From Candidatus Hydrogenedentota bacterium (GTDB lineage Bacteria > Hydrogenedentota > Hydrogenedentia > Hydrogenedentales > SLHB01): DNA of 64,000 nt. The translations under genes and the position numbers were made by a program. The notes beneath the pieces were generated by a model. It searched no databases and was not told the DNA's origin. It saw only the letters and a list, made by a program, of their open reading frames with translations. Shown here piece by piece: positions 27,348 to 37,737 of the stretch; position 1 is the stretch's first letter, and every line of letters begins with the position of its first letter. The stretch lies in contig BTWA01000022.1 of the NCBI GenBank assembly GCA_045863295.1, forward strand, positions 1-64,000, in the 5' to 3' direction.

Positions 27348-27421
27348 AAAGATCTTTCCCTATTGGAGAATTGGCATTGATACACCTGTCTCAATCAGGA
27401 CAATGGCCTTGTGGAATATCC

Positions 27422-29683
27422 ATGCGGGCCGCCATACGCCTCGCGTTATTTTCCCTTGCGGTGTGCGCCAACGGTTTAGCGGACGACTTACTGGTCCGCG
27501 CCTTCCCCGGCGCGGAGGGATTTGGCGCCTGTACTCCCGGAGGACGAGGCGGCCGCATCGTCTATGTGACATCGTTGGATGACTATGTTCCGGGCAAGGA
27601 TCCTGTTGTCGAAGGCAGTCTACGCGCCGCCGTCGATTTGGATGGACCTAGAACCATCTTGTTTCAAGTCAGCGGAACCATAGCCTTGAAAGCCGACCTC
27701 TGGGTGAACAAACCCTACGTGACCATAGCTGGACAATCCGCGCCGGGAGGCGGAATCTGCATCAAGGATTACCAGTTCGTTATTGCCACAAATGATGTCA
27801 TTGTTCGACACATGCGATTTCGTTCAGGGGATCAGACGCAGAAAGAGCAGATGTCCGTAGGTATTTTTGGAGGCAATAACGCCATACTCGACCACTGTTC
27901 CATGACCTGGGCCATCGACGAAGTGATGTCCGCGTTTGGCGCGTACAACATCACCGTGCAATGGAGCATCATTTCCGAAGGTCTCTCCCACTCCTTTCAT
28001 CCCAAAGGGGAGCACAGCAAGGGTTCCATTATCGACGGCAAGGGAGGGGTAACGATTCACCATTCTCTCTATGCCCATAATGCCGCTCGCAATCCACGGG
28101 TGAACACGTTGATTCTGGATTTCCGAAACAATGTGTTGTACGACTGGGGATATCGCGCCGCCTATACGACCGAAGCGCCGAGCTACGTCAATTGGGTTAA
28201 CAACTACCATAAGCCGGGACCCTCCACCCGCGGTTCGGCGCGAAAAAAGATTTTCGATCCGGGAGACGATATGCCCCGCGTATTTATCGAAGGCAATGTA
28301 CTGGAGGGGTTTCCCGAGGAGTCCACCAAAAATAAACTCCTGATTGCCCCGCCCGACGCGAAGACCGCGAGCGCCTTCCGGGATCTCATTGTTGTGTCCG
28401 AACCCTTTCCCGCCCCGGCCGTTACCATGGATTCCGCCGATGCCTGTCTGGAACGGGTGTTGAACGAGGCGGGCGCAACGCTCCCCACGCGAGACTCAGC
28501 AGACACCCGACTGATGGACCAAGTTCGCCTTGGAACCGGCCGCATCATCGATTCTCCTGACGACGTGGGCGGTTGGCCACAACTCCCAACCGCAGAAACG
28601 GCGGTTGACGGTGATTTGGACGGCATGCCGGATGACTGGGAACACCGCGCAGGACTAAATCCCAATGACCCGGAAGACGGCCCCGGCGATTCCGATGGAG
28701 ACGGATATACGAATGTTGAGGAATTTTTGAATGCGACCGACCCTCGACAGGCTGATTCGGACAGCCGGGTGAACGGCAAGGAATTCAATGCTCTCCTTTC
28801 GGCCGCCATGGAGCAGTCGGAGGAAGGCATGCGCCAGTTTGAAGCGTTTAAGAACAACGACGACGCGATGCGAAAGGCACGAAATGAAGCGGCCGCAAAT
28901 CGTATTACGACCGCGCTTACACCATCTCCGGCATCAGGTGCGAAGTCGTTGACGCTGTCCGTGGACGGCACGGCGGTATTGGAGTTTGTCCGCATCCCGG
29001 CGGGAAGTTTTCTCATGGGGACGCCCGATAGCGAAGGAGGCCTTGAACGCGAACGGCCACAGCACAAAGTGAATATTTCGCGCGCGTTCTATTTGAGCAC
29101 GACCAAAGTCACGAATGCGCAGTTTACCGCCGTGCTGGGTCCGGATGCACGGACATACAAGCCGGGAGAATCCGATTGGCCGGCCAAAGAGGTCAATTGG
29201 TTTGAGGCGAACGAATACTGCGATGTAATCAGCAAAGCCACGGGGCTAAAGTTCCGGCTGCCCACGGAAGCCGAATGGGAATATGCCTGCCGGGCAGGCA
29301 CCACCACGGCCTTTTCCACGGGCGACACCATTACGACGGAGCAGGCGAATTTCGACGGAGCCGAGGCCACGCGCTTTAATCCCGCCGGGGAACGCCGGGG
29401 CACAATGACTCCGGCGAAGCTTTTTCCACCCAATCCCTGGGGTCTCTACGACATGCACGGCAATCAGGCGGAATATGTCGAGGACCGGTGTTTTCGCGAA
29501 TACACGGCCGAGGAAGTCACCGATCCCAAAGGGCCTGAGACAGGCGGAGCCCGGGTGTTGCGCGGCGGCAAGGCAACCAGCAAGGCGGAATTTCTACGGT
29601 CGGGTTACCGGTACGGGTACACCCCCGAAGTCGGGTATGCCTTCCGTGTACTATTGGAAGTTCCCGCGGCAACATCTAATTAA
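27422..29683 (+). CDS. Pectate lyase (PL1-like) fused to C-terminal SUMF1/FGE-sulfatase domain
   Basis: AFPGAEGFG..T.GGRGG, TIAGQSAPG, IDE, RNPR and DGDLDGMPD.WE motifs; then F.MG, RLPTEAEWEYACRAG and PNPWGLYDMHGN. Confidence 0.88.
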   Translation: MRAAIRLALFSLAVCANGLADDLLVRAFPGAEGFGACTPGGRGGRIVYVTSLDDYVPGKDPVVEGSLRAAVDLDGPRTILFQVSGTIALKADLWVNKPYVTIAGQSAPGGGICIKDYQFVIATNDVIVRHMRFRSGDQTQKEQMSVGIFGGNNAILDHCSMTWAIDEVMSAFGAYNITVQWSIISEGLSHSFHPKGEHSKGSIIDGKGGVTIHHSLYAHNAARNPRVNTLILDFRNNVLYDWGYRAAYTTEAPSYVNWVNNYHKPGPSTRGSARKKIFDPGDDMPRVFIEGNVLEGFPEESTKNKLLIAPPDAKTASAFRDLIVVSEPFPAPAVTMDSADACLERVLNEAGATLPTRDSADTRLMDQVRLGTGRIIDSPDDVGGWPQLPTAETAVDGDLDGMPDDWEHRAGLNPNDPEDGPGDSDGDGYTNVEEFLNATDPRQADSDSRVNGKEFNALLSAAMEQSEEGMRQFEAFKNNDDAMRKARNEAAANRITTALTPSPASGAKSLTLSVDGTAVLEFVRIPAGSFLMGTPDSEGGLERERPQHKVNISRAFYLSTTKVTNAQFTAVLGPDARTYKPGESDWPAKEVNWFEANEYCDVISKATGLKFRLPTEAEWEYACRAGTTTAFSTGDTITTEQANFDGAEATRFNPAGERRGTMTPAKLFPPNPWGLYDMHGNQAEYVEDRCFREYTAEEVTDPKGPETGGARVLRGGKATSKAEFLRSGYRYGYTPEVGYAFRVLLEVPAATSN

Positions 29684-30698
29684 ACCGGTTGGAGCCGGGA
29701 TTCTCGCGATGGAAAGGGCCGCTGATGGAACCGTCGAGACTCAACACTTGAAAGTGGTTTCCCGAAGTTGTCGCGAAAGTCTCCAACCCGCTTTTCAGAG
29801 CGCCTTTTTCCGCTACCACATTAAGAACCCAACTGCCCCGTGTTCCATGAACTTGAACGGCCCCAGCTCCGGGAGCCGGAGCACAGTGAACATTCCACTG
29901 GTTCCCGCGCAACTTATCATTCGCCGGATCCCCAGGCTTTGTTCCTTCCATAACGGAGGTGTGAAACTGCTCGTGTGCAAACAGCGCTTTCACGTGGTTG
30001 AACGCAAAGCTTCCACTTCCTGACGGCGTATCCACCCGAATCCCGGTATTGCCTCCCAACAATTCGACGATATCGAACTCGCATCGGGTGATGCTGTGCG
30101 TGGGAGCGATTACCATGCAGGCCGCATCCAGGTTGTCGCGCGGAATGCCGCCATCTTTGCCCACCATATGAACCGGCGTGTTCACGTGCGAAATCGCGGC
30201 AAACTTGAAGCGGGACGCAATAAGCGTGGGGCCTACAAAGTCATCTACAGGCAAATTGCCCTTGGGTTCAAACCGAACGGCGGGGCCTTCCAGGTGGTAC
30301 ACAATTTGTGCGTGGCATTCGAATTGCACATTCATGCACGAATCAAATAGCAGGCCGGGCTGCGAACGATCGGCGAACCCGTCAAAATTCAGCGTGGCCG
30401 AACCGAAACGAATGACTTTGCCCTGCATGGGCGGAAACACCAACGATTCGCTACAGGAGTAAACGCGCGACTTGTAATCCCCCCCTGAGACAAACAGATC
30501 GAGATTATCTTTCACGCATCGATTGACGGCCTCTTGCAGTCCGCTTGTCTTGCTTCCATTGGTGTAGACCGATTCGCCGTCCGGCAGGACATAGTGCCCA
30601 TCCGGATAGAGGACAATTTGTCCCGGCACGGTATCTGGATATGTGATTCCGCAGACAAGGACCGCAACACCCGCCGCAATTTGACTCATGACTGTCAT
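29676..30698 (-). CDS. Hypothetical secreted protein (possibly beta-helix)
   Basis: Long ORF with hydrophobic N-terminus and TSGLQEAVN motif; start uncertain. Confidence 0.55.
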   Translation of the reverse strand: MTVMSQIAAGVAVLVCGITYPDTVPGQIVLYPDGHYVLPDGESVYTNGSKTSGLQEAVNRCVKDNLDLFVSGGDYKSRVYSCSESLVFPPMQGKVIRFGSATLNFDGFADRSQPGLLFDSCMNVQFECHAQIVYHLEGPAVRFEPKGNLPVDDFVGPTLIASRFKFAAISHVNTPVHMVGKDGGIPRDNLDAACMVIAPTHSITRCEFDIVELLGGNTGIRVDTPSGSGSFAFNHVKALFAHEQFHTSVMEGTKPGDPANDKLRGNQWNVHCAPAPGAGAVQVHGTRGSWVLNVVAEKGALKSGLETFATTSGNHFQVLSLDGSISGPFHRENPGSNRFN

Positions 30699-30849
30699 GG
30701 CATGAGTTTGCCAAAACCTCGAAAGGAACGCCACTGATCGGGTTTTTATTGCGCCATGGCACTGTGGAAAAAGAATTCTACTCCTGAAGCGCCCTTTCGA
30801 TGTATACTGCCGTTGTGGGATGTAACGTGTCTGCAAGGGGGAGGGCACG

Positions 30850-32328
30850 ATGTCTCACCATGCCGATTCGTCTTGTACTTGTTGCTCCCTTTCCCGGCGC
30901 TGCTTTTTGTGCGCGTCCCTTGCGGCTGTCGCCGCGCCGATGGTTGAAGGGAGAACCCAAACCCACCACACTGTATCTGAATTGGATGAATATATCGACG
31001 TCCGGCAATTCCGTCCTCAGCCGCAAATCCGGGTAACGGCGGCAGTCGTTCGGAAGCCACCGCCCTATTGGCTGGGGTGGCCGGGAACGGCGTACGACGT
31101 CGCCGGCGAACGGGTGCGCTATCTGCGAGCCACCGCGGAAGCCACACGATCCGTAGGCGGCCTGATCTCGGAATACCAGGAAGCCATCGAAACCAGCGAT
31201 GCAGCCAATGCGTTTGCCCGTTCCATCCAATCGGACCGGCCCGATGCAGTAGTAGTCGTCTTGCAGCACCTTGACGTTTGGCCCTGGCTGGAGGCGATAG
31301 CGGATACCCAAATTCCCACCATTGTGTTCGCGCCCATCGGAACGGCATTCACGGGTCATGTCGTCAAGTTTTCCCGCCGCCCCGGGGTCCACGTCATTTC
31401 CTCGCTGGACGTTGGCGCCATTACGCAAGCGCTGCGCATGATACGCGCAAAACGCCAATTCGAAATGACGCGGCTGCTGGTCGTTGCCGGGGATGAACGC
31501 AAGGAAGAAGTCATTCCCAAGCTCGGCGTCACCGTAAAGCGCATACCGAGGGCATCGCTACACGAATTGTTTGAGAAGATGCCTGAAAACGACGAGACGT
31601 ACGAGGTGGCGCGCGCCATGCGGCGCGGTGCGGATCGGATCGTCGAACCGACGCGTCAAGACACTGTCAATGCGGCGCGATCATTCCAAACGGCAAAGCG
31701 GCTCCTCCGTAATGAAGAGGCCAACGCCATCACATCCGACTGCCTCGGAATGGTGACAACCCATGCAGTGCCTACTCCTCCTTGCATGGCCGCTTCTCTT
31801 TTCCAGGATGCCGGAGTTACGTATGGATGCGAGGGAGATGTGCATGGCGCCACGTCGCTGATGCTCGCAAGTTACCTGTTTGACAAGCCGGGATTCATGA
31901 ACGATCCGGTTCCGGAGACGGTGAAGAACGTCCTGATCGCCGCCCACTGTACGAGCGGTACGCGTCTGAAGGGATTTGGCGAAGAGCCCGAGCCTTACAC
32001 GCTCCGGTCCCATTCGGAATCCAACCTGGGCGTAGCGGTACAGGTGCCGTGGAAAGAAGGCACGCAAGTAACCCTCGCGCGATTCTCAAGTCCTGAAGAG
32101 TTGATCGTGGATACGGGCACGGTTGTCGCCAACGTGCAGACCCCACCGGCTGGCGGGTGCAGGACAAACTTTGAAATCGCGATGGACAACATGGAAGACA
32201 TCCGGGACGTCCGGGGCTTTCATCAGGTTGTCTTCTATGGGAATCACAGGCGGGATTTGGAAGCCTTTTGTCAGATGCACGGGATCAAGGCTACGCATTC
32301 TCCGGAAAAGGCCATGCCTGCGGTCTAG
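30850..32328 (+). CDS. L-fucose isomerase-like protein (paralog 2), Tat-type leader
   Basis: SRRCFL leader; CEGD, GFMNDP, AHCT, CRT and FHQV..YG motifs; GGAGGG RBS. Confidence 0.72.
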   Translation: MSHHADSSCTCCSLSRRCFLCASLAAVAAPMVEGRTQTHHTVSELDEYIDVRQFRPQPQIRVTAAVVRKPPPYWLGWPGTAYDVAGERVRYLRATAEATRSVGGLISEYQEAIETSDAANAFARSIQSDRPDAVVVVLQHLDVWPWLEAIADTQIPTIVFAPIGTAFTGHVVKFSRRPGVHVISSLDVGAITQALRMIRAKRQFEMTRLLVVAGDERKEEVIPKLGVTVKRIPRASLHELFEKMPENDETYEVARAMRRGADRIVEPTRQDTVNAARSFQTAKRLLRNEEANAITSDCLGMVTTHAVPTPPCMAASLFQDAGVTYGCEGDVHGATSLMLASYLFDKPGFMNDPVPETVKNVLIAAHCTSGTRLKGFGEEPEPYTLRSHSESNLGVAVQVPWKEGTQVTLARFSSPEELIVDTGTVVANVQTPPAGGCRTNFEIAMDNMEDIRDVRGFHQVVFYGNHRRDLEAFCQMHGIKATHSPEKAMPAV

Positions 32329-32377
32329 GCGTCATTCGCGCACCCGGGCATCCGGGTCGTTTTATCAAGGGGGAAGT

Positions 32378-33925
32378 ATGAGCAAACAGCATGCGGGTTG
32401 TTGCGGATGCCACAGTATGAACAGACGGACGTTTCTGATGTCTGCCGGGGGCGGTTCGGCCGGACTGGCGCTGGCAGCCACGGCTTCCAACGGAGCGGGA
32501 GCCGAATCGACCCCGCGCGTAAAGCCGACCGTGACGAAGCAGAAATTGACGGTCCAGCCGATACTTTTGTATCAGCAATTTGAACGCCGGGAAGCCACTA
32601 GTTGGCGGCCGTGGGGCGGCTTGCACACGCAAGCGGACATCGACCAGGAGGCGGGCCGGATACGCGCCGAACTGGATCGGATTGGCGGGAACGCGGAATT
32701 CCCCCTCACATTTCTTCCGTTGGTGGCTGTCACGTCGCACGCCGATGCCGAGGGCGTGAACACGATTCCTTCCGACGTGCATCTGATATATGCGGCCTCG
32801 GGCGACGGCGGAGTGCTTGAGACGCTGCTTCGGTCGGGCCGCCACAACCTCGTGTTCCTGCGTCACCGGAGTGGGCCGGTTTCCCTTTGGTACGAAATCA
32901 TTCACCCGCGAGCACTCCGAAAAACGGTGGATACCTACGGGGAACCCGGACTTACGAACGACGACGTGGTGGTGGACAACACGGAGGAAGTGCTGTGGCG
33001 CCTTCGCGCCTTGTACGGTCTCAAAAACACGCTGGGATCGCGAATCGTGGCCATTGGCGGACCGGCCGGCTGGGGACACGGCGGGGCCAATGCGCCGCAA
33101 TTGGCACGGGATAAATGGAAACTCGACATTGTCGATGTGTCGTACGAGGATCTTGGCAAACGCATTGCCTCGCTTCAAAGCGACGGGGCCGCGATGAAAC
33201 GGTTTCAGTCGGAGGCTTCTGACTACCTTCAAATTCCGAGGACGACACTGGAGACCGAACCGGACTTTGTTTCCGGTGCGTTTCTCCTGCGCGACGTTTT
33301 TGATCGACTCATGTCGGAATCCCAGGCCACTGCGGTCACCGTCAACGAATGCATGACCACCATCATTCCAATGGCGAAGACGACAGCCTGCCTTACACTG
33401 ACGTTAATCAACGATGACGGCATGCTGGCCTTCTGCGAATCCGACTTTGTAGTTATCCCGTCCGGCATTCTTCTTCACCATATCGCCTCTCTGCCGGTAT
33501 TTTTGCAGGATCCGACCTATCCCCACGACGGCGTGGTCACGCTGGCACATTGCACGGCGCCACGCCGAATGAACGGCAAAACCCTCGAACCCGCACGCAT
33601 CTTGACTCACTTCGAATCGGACTATGGCGCGGCGCCGAAAGTAGAAATGACCGAAGGGCAAGTCGTCACCGTCATTGACCCGGACTTTGCGGAAAGCCTC
33701 TGGCTTGGATTTCGCGGATCGATTGACGGGAATCCATTTATGGACATTTGCCGTTCGCAGGTGGACGTCCGGATCGACGGCGACTGCAAAACGCTGGCGC
33801 ACGAAATGCGCGGATTTCACTGGATGCTGTCCTATGGCGATCACCTCCGGGAACTCGGATACGCTCTCGGCAAGGCCGGGGTGGGCTGGCACGATTTGAC
33901 GAACAATGTGCGGCGAGTTGTCTGA
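32378..33925 (+). CDS. L-fucose isomerase-like protein (paralog 3), Tat-type leader
   Basis: NRRTFL leader; CESD, FLQDP, LAHCT, CRS and FHW..YGD motifs. Confidence 0.72.
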   Translation: MSKQHAGCCGCHSMNRRTFLMSAGGGSAGLALAATASNGAGAESTPRVKPTVTKQKLTVQPILLYQQFERREATSWRPWGGLHTQADIDQEAGRIRAELDRIGGNAEFPLTFLPLVAVTSHADAEGVNTIPSDVHLIYAASGDGGVLETLLRSGRHNLVFLRHRSGPVSLWYEIIHPRALRKTVDTYGEPGLTNDDVVVDNTEEVLWRLRALYGLKNTLGSRIVAIGGPAGWGHGGANAPQLARDKWKLDIVDVSYEDLGKRIASLQSDGAAMKRFQSEASDYLQIPRTTLETEPDFVSGAFLLRDVFDRLMSESQATAVTVNECMTTIIPMAKTTACLTLTLINDDGMLAFCESDFVVIPSGILLHHIASLPVFLQDPTYPHDGVVTLAHCTAPRRMNGKTLEPARILTHFESDYGAAPKVEMTEGQVVTVIDPDFAESLWLGFRGSIDGNPFMDICRSQVDVRIDGDCKTLAHEMRGFHWMLSYGDHLRELGYALGKAGVGWHDLTNNVRRVV

Positions 33926-33951
33926 ACATCCGCCGAAAAGGGGTATGGAAC

Positions 33952-34782
33952 ATGGGTAAAGTTGGTTTGGGTATCAATCTCGAATTCGTCCGGCATGAAG
34001 ACAAGCCCTTCGAATGGGGCGTCGAAAAGGCCGCTGAACTGGGATACGAGTTCGTGGAGCCCATGGTTCATTGGGGCCGTGAACTGCTGAGCGAAGCCGG
34101 GTACTTTCACAGCGTATCGATGCTGGATGATCCATACCGGATTCGACGTGCGTGCGACAAGGCCGGCGTCAAGCTTTCGGGATTCAGCGCGCACTGTCCT
34201 CTATGCAAACCGGAGATCAGCACGGAGTACTTGAAACAGGCAATCCGGTTCGCCGCTGAAGCGGGCGCGCCGGTGGTCAACACGGACGAAGGCCCCAAAC
34301 CCTATTGGACGTCTGAAGACGAGGACCACGTGCTCATGCGGTACGTGCTGTGGGAAGCCGCGCAAGTCGCGGAGGCTCGCGGGATCGCAATTGGCATCGA
34401 GCCCCACCAGCAATACAGCAAACATCCCGGCGGACTTGACCGCATCCACGGGCTGGTAATTTCGAAAGCCCTTGGAATCAATTTCGACACGGGCAACAGC
34501 TACCTGTGCGGCCATGACCCGTATGAGTGGCTGGAGCGCGTGCGCGACCGTCTTGTGCACCTCCATGGGAAGGACATATCGGCGAGTCAATCCACAGCCG
34601 AAAGAGGAAAAGTAACGGGGACGCCCGTGGGATGCGCATGCGGCGACGGTGTCATCGATTGGCGGCGCGTCATTGCGATTTGCCGGCACGCACCCAGAGA
34701 CATTGTGCTGTCCGTTGAGTGCGGAACCGTGGACCAGGCAAAGCGGAGCATCGCACATCTGAAACCGTTGCTCCATGGTTAA
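33952..34782 (+). CDS. Sugar phosphate isomerase/epimerase (TIM barrel), cytoplasmic
   Basis: IEPH, NFDTGN, HLHGKD, GDGVIDW and SVE motifs. Confidence 0.88.
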   Translation: MGKVGLGINLEFVRHEDKPFEWGVEKAAELGYEFVEPMVHWGRELLSEAGYFHSVSMLDDPYRIRRACDKAGVKLSGFSAHCPLCKPEISTEYLKQAIRFAAEAGAPVVNTDEGPKPYWTSEDEDHVLMRYVLWEAAQVAEARGIAIGIEPHQQYSKHPGGLDRIHGLVISKALGINFDTGNSYLCGHDPYEWLERVRDRLVHLHGKDISASQSTAERGKVTGTPVGCACGDGVIDWRRVIAICRHAPRDIVLSVECGTVDQAKRSIAHLKPLLHG

Positions 34783-35722
34783 GATGCCCATTTTCAGGAG
34801 GACGAAACCTACTATGAATGCCTTTACAAGATGCGGCGTCTTGGCGATTGCCGGGTTGGGTTGGGCTTGCGCGGCGGCGCAAACCATGACATCGCTGCAA
34901 CAGGACGCGTCAACCGTTACGGTCACTCAAGGCGGCAGGATACTCATGCGCTACCGGCACGGATACGTGCCCTACAAGCCGTATGTCGAAGTGCTATGCA
35001 CACCTTCCGGCGTCAATGTCATCCGCGACGCGCCTGCGGACCACTTGCATCATCACGGGCTCATGTTTGCGATAACGGCGGGTGGCGTTAATTTCTGGGA
35101 AGAAGCCAAAGCACCGGGTGAACAGAAACATGTGAGCCTTGAGCCCATTCCAGATCCCGCCCTTTCCGGATTTATGGAGCGAATCGATTGGAACACTTCC
35201 AAGGACGGCGCTGCGCTCATGCACGAAACACGCACGCTGTGGACTGTTAACGACGACACCCTGGGTGCGGTGATTCTCCACTGGCAAACGAACTTGCAGC
35301 CAGCAAAGGCGATGGCGGCCAAAGGAGTCGAACTTACGGGCACCAACTATCATGGGCTGGGACTTCGCTTCCTGGCAAGCATGGACCGGACGGACGGTTT
35401 CTTCAACGCGAATGGCGATAAAGGCGTGGCGGGTACCCATGAACAGCGTTCGCCCTGGTGCGCCTTTACCGGCTATGCGGAAGGCAGCCCAGTCACGATT
35501 GCGCTTTTTGATCATCCTTCCAACCCCCGCCACCCCGCCACATGGTTCACCATGCACACTGCTTTTTCATACATGTCCGTGACTTTGAATCTGCATAAAG
35601 AGCTTTTGTTACTGACAGAGAGCGGCATTGAGCTGAAGTACGGTATCGGACTTTGGGATGGAACGCAGAATTTGGAGACAGTTGAAAAGGGGTATAGGCG
35701 CTGGTTGGAACTGGCTGAGTAA
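34775..35722 (+). CDS. PmoA-family (DUF6807) secreted protein
   Basis: KPY...TPSG, DAPADHLHHHGL, NFWEE, Y.GLG.R and DHPSN....WF motifs; start may be 34814. Confidence 0.78.
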   Translation: MVKMPIFRRTKPTMNAFTRCGVLAIAGLGWACAAAQTMTSLQQDASTVTVTQGGRILMRYRHGYVPYKPYVEVLCTPSGVNVIRDAPADHLHHHGLMFAITAGGVNFWEEAKAPGEQKHVSLEPIPDPALSGFMERIDWNTSKDGAALMHETRTLWTVNDDTLGAVILHWQTNLQPAKAMAAKGVELTGTNYHGLGLRFLASMDRTDGFFNANGDKGVAGTHEQRSPWCAFTGYAEGSPVTIALFDHPSNPRHPATWFTMHTAFSYMSVTLNLHKELLLLTESGIELKYGIGLWDGTQNLETVEKGYRRWLELAE

Positions 35723-35758
35723 CTCTGCTCAACGAGCGGCATAAGAGGGGGAACAAGA

Positions 35759-37060
35759 ATGACAAAGAGTCAAATGGCGTCTACACCGACGCGGCGCGCG
35801 TTTGTTTCACGACTTGGCGCGGTCGCCGCCGGAAGCATTGCAATGATGCGGACAACGAAGACGTTTGGGCAGACTCCGACCGGCGCCAATGACCGGATCG
35901 GTGTGGGGATTATCGGATGCGGCGGTCGCGGACGTCACCACGCGGGCGAACTGGAGAAGATGCGGGCAAACGGCGCTCCCATTGCCATTACTGCTGTGTG
36001 CGATGTGTACCGCCCGAGAATGGAAGCCGCCGCACTGCAATGCAATGCGAACCGCTATATGGATCATCGCGAATTGCTTAGCGATTCCAATGTCGACGTA
36101 GTGTGCATTGCAACTCCCGATCACATACACGGCCCTCAGGTAATAGATGCGGTACTCGCGGGAAAGGACGTCTATTGCGAGAAACCCTTCACGCACTGGC
36201 GTCAGTTTGATGTGACCAAGGCCGTAGTCGATGCGGTCAAGAGTTCGGGACGGGTATTTCAAGTGGGCACGCAGGGTATGTCCGATTCCGCATGGCATCA
36301 AATGCGCGCACTGGTTGACCAAGGCTTAATCGGGACTCCCATCCAGGCGGAATGCGGATATTTTCGCGTGGGGGATTGGGGCGAGCGAGGCATGCCCATC
36401 GACGATCCGGCCGCTGTCGCGGGTCCTGATCTGAATTGGGAGGCCTTTCTCGGCGACGCGCCCAAACGTGACTTTGACGTCAGCCGGTTCTTCCGTTGGC
36501 GCATGTACGAGGACTACTCGGGAGGGCCTGTAACCGACCTGTTTCCGCATTCCCTGACTCCCGTGGTTCACGCGCTTTCGCTGGGTACGCCGGAATTGGC
36601 CGTCGCGACCGGCGGGAAGTTTCGATACGAAGAACGAGAGGTCCCTGACACGTTCAACATGCTGATTGACTACAACCGGCTTACGGTTGCCGTGCTTGGC
36701 ACGCAAGGCAACAACTGTCAAGGTGCGCACGGTCGCGGTGCGGGCGGACGCTGCCCCACGTTGCGCGGCTGGGAAGGTACGTTAACGGTGGAACGCGTAG
36801 GAGACACAGCCGAAGACGAGATCGTGTTTCGTCCGGCAGAAGGCTCCAAGAAGGAATTGCAGCGATTCCCCATTGACCACAGAGAAAGCGTACAGGCGCA
36901 TTGGCAAAACCTGTTGGATTGCGTCCGCACTCGGCAACAGCCCCATGGGGGAATTGACCTGGCATTCCACGTGCAGGTTGCCCTTCAGATGGCCGCGCTT
37001 GCTCATCGCGGAGACAAGACTGTCCGCTTTAACGCGGCAACCCAAAGCATTGCGACTTAA
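35759..37060 (+). CDS. Gfo/Idh/MocA oxidoreductase, Tat-type leader
   Basis: TRRAFV, GANDRI, GCGGRG, ATPDH, CEKP and WR.YEDYSGG motifs. Confidence 0.93.
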   Translation: MTKSQMASTPTRRAFVSRLGAVAAGSIAMMRTTKTFGQTPTGANDRIGVGIIGCGGRGRHHAGELEKMRANGAPIAITAVCDVYRPRMEAAALQCNANRYMDHRELLSDSNVDVVCIATPDHIHGPQVIDAVLAGKDVYCEKPFTHWRQFDVTKAVVDAVKSSGRVFQVGTQGMSDSAWHQMRALVDQGLIGTPIQAECGYFRVGDWGERGMPIDDPAAVAGPDLNWEAFLGDAPKRDFDVSRFFRWRMYEDYSGGPVTDLFPHSLTPVVHALSLGTPELAVATGGKFRYEEREVPDTFNMLIDYNRLTVAVLGTQGNNCQGAHGRGAGGRCPTLRGWEGTLTVERVGDTAEDEIVFRPAEGSKKELQRFPIDHRESVQAHWQNLLDCVRTRQQPHGGIDLAFHVQVALQMAALAHRGDKTVRFNAATQSIAT

Positions 37061-37104
37061 ACGGTAATAGCCGGAGGTCCTGCCCCCCAGCCTCCTTTTG
37101 GAAG

Positions 37105-37734
37105 GTGGCTGACATGTTGTCGGTTGATGTAACCCGTTCTCTCAAGCATGTGTATTCGGCGACCGGAATGGTGAATGAAGTGACGTGTCCCGCCGGCACG
37201 TATCTCGCCTGTGATGGCTCGGGAGATCCAGCAACTGATCTCTTCGCCTCGGCCATTGAGCGGCTTCACGCGGTGGCCTATACGGCGAAATTTCAGTTGA
37301 AGGAAAACGCCGGGATCAATTTCAAGGTGCCGAAGCTCGAGTGTATTTGGCTGATGGAGGATCCGGACTGGACAGCCCGGGAAAACTGGCGCTGGCAACT
37401 CCTGCTCCGCGTCCCGCCGGAGTTGACGCAAAAGGTACTAAAGGAATCCTGCCGGACGCTGTCCATCCGGAAGAACTTGGATGCGAGCGATATCACGCGC
37501 GTTTCCCGGGGCCGGGAAGTCGCGCTCCATATTCTTCACGTCGGTCCCTATGAAACGTTGGGTCAGTCCTATTCCACGATCATGGAATACGCATCTCAGC
37601 ACCAGTACAGGCAAACGGGCCCGTATCACGAGATTTATCTAAGCGATCCCCGTCGGATAGTCCCGGCCAGACTGAAGACCATTGTGAGAGTCCCGGTTGC
37701 GGCCAAAAAAACAGATACAGTGAAGGAAAGGTAA
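37105..37734 (+). CDS. GyrI-like small-molecule-binding domain protein
   Basis: YLA.DG.GDP, AY..KF, V..LE..W, HVGPY and HEIYLSDPRR motifs. Confidence 0.88.
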   Translation: MADMLSVDVTRSLKHVYSATGMVNEVTCPAGTYLACDGSGDPATDLFASAIERLHAVAYTAKFQLKENAGINFKVPKLECIWLMEDPDWTARENWRWQLLLRVPPELTQKVLKESCRTLSIRKNLDASDITRVSRGREVALHILHVGPYETLGQSYSTIMEYASQHQYRQTGPYHEIYLSDPRRIVPARLKTIVRVPVAAKKTDTVKER

Positions 37735-37737
37735 ACC

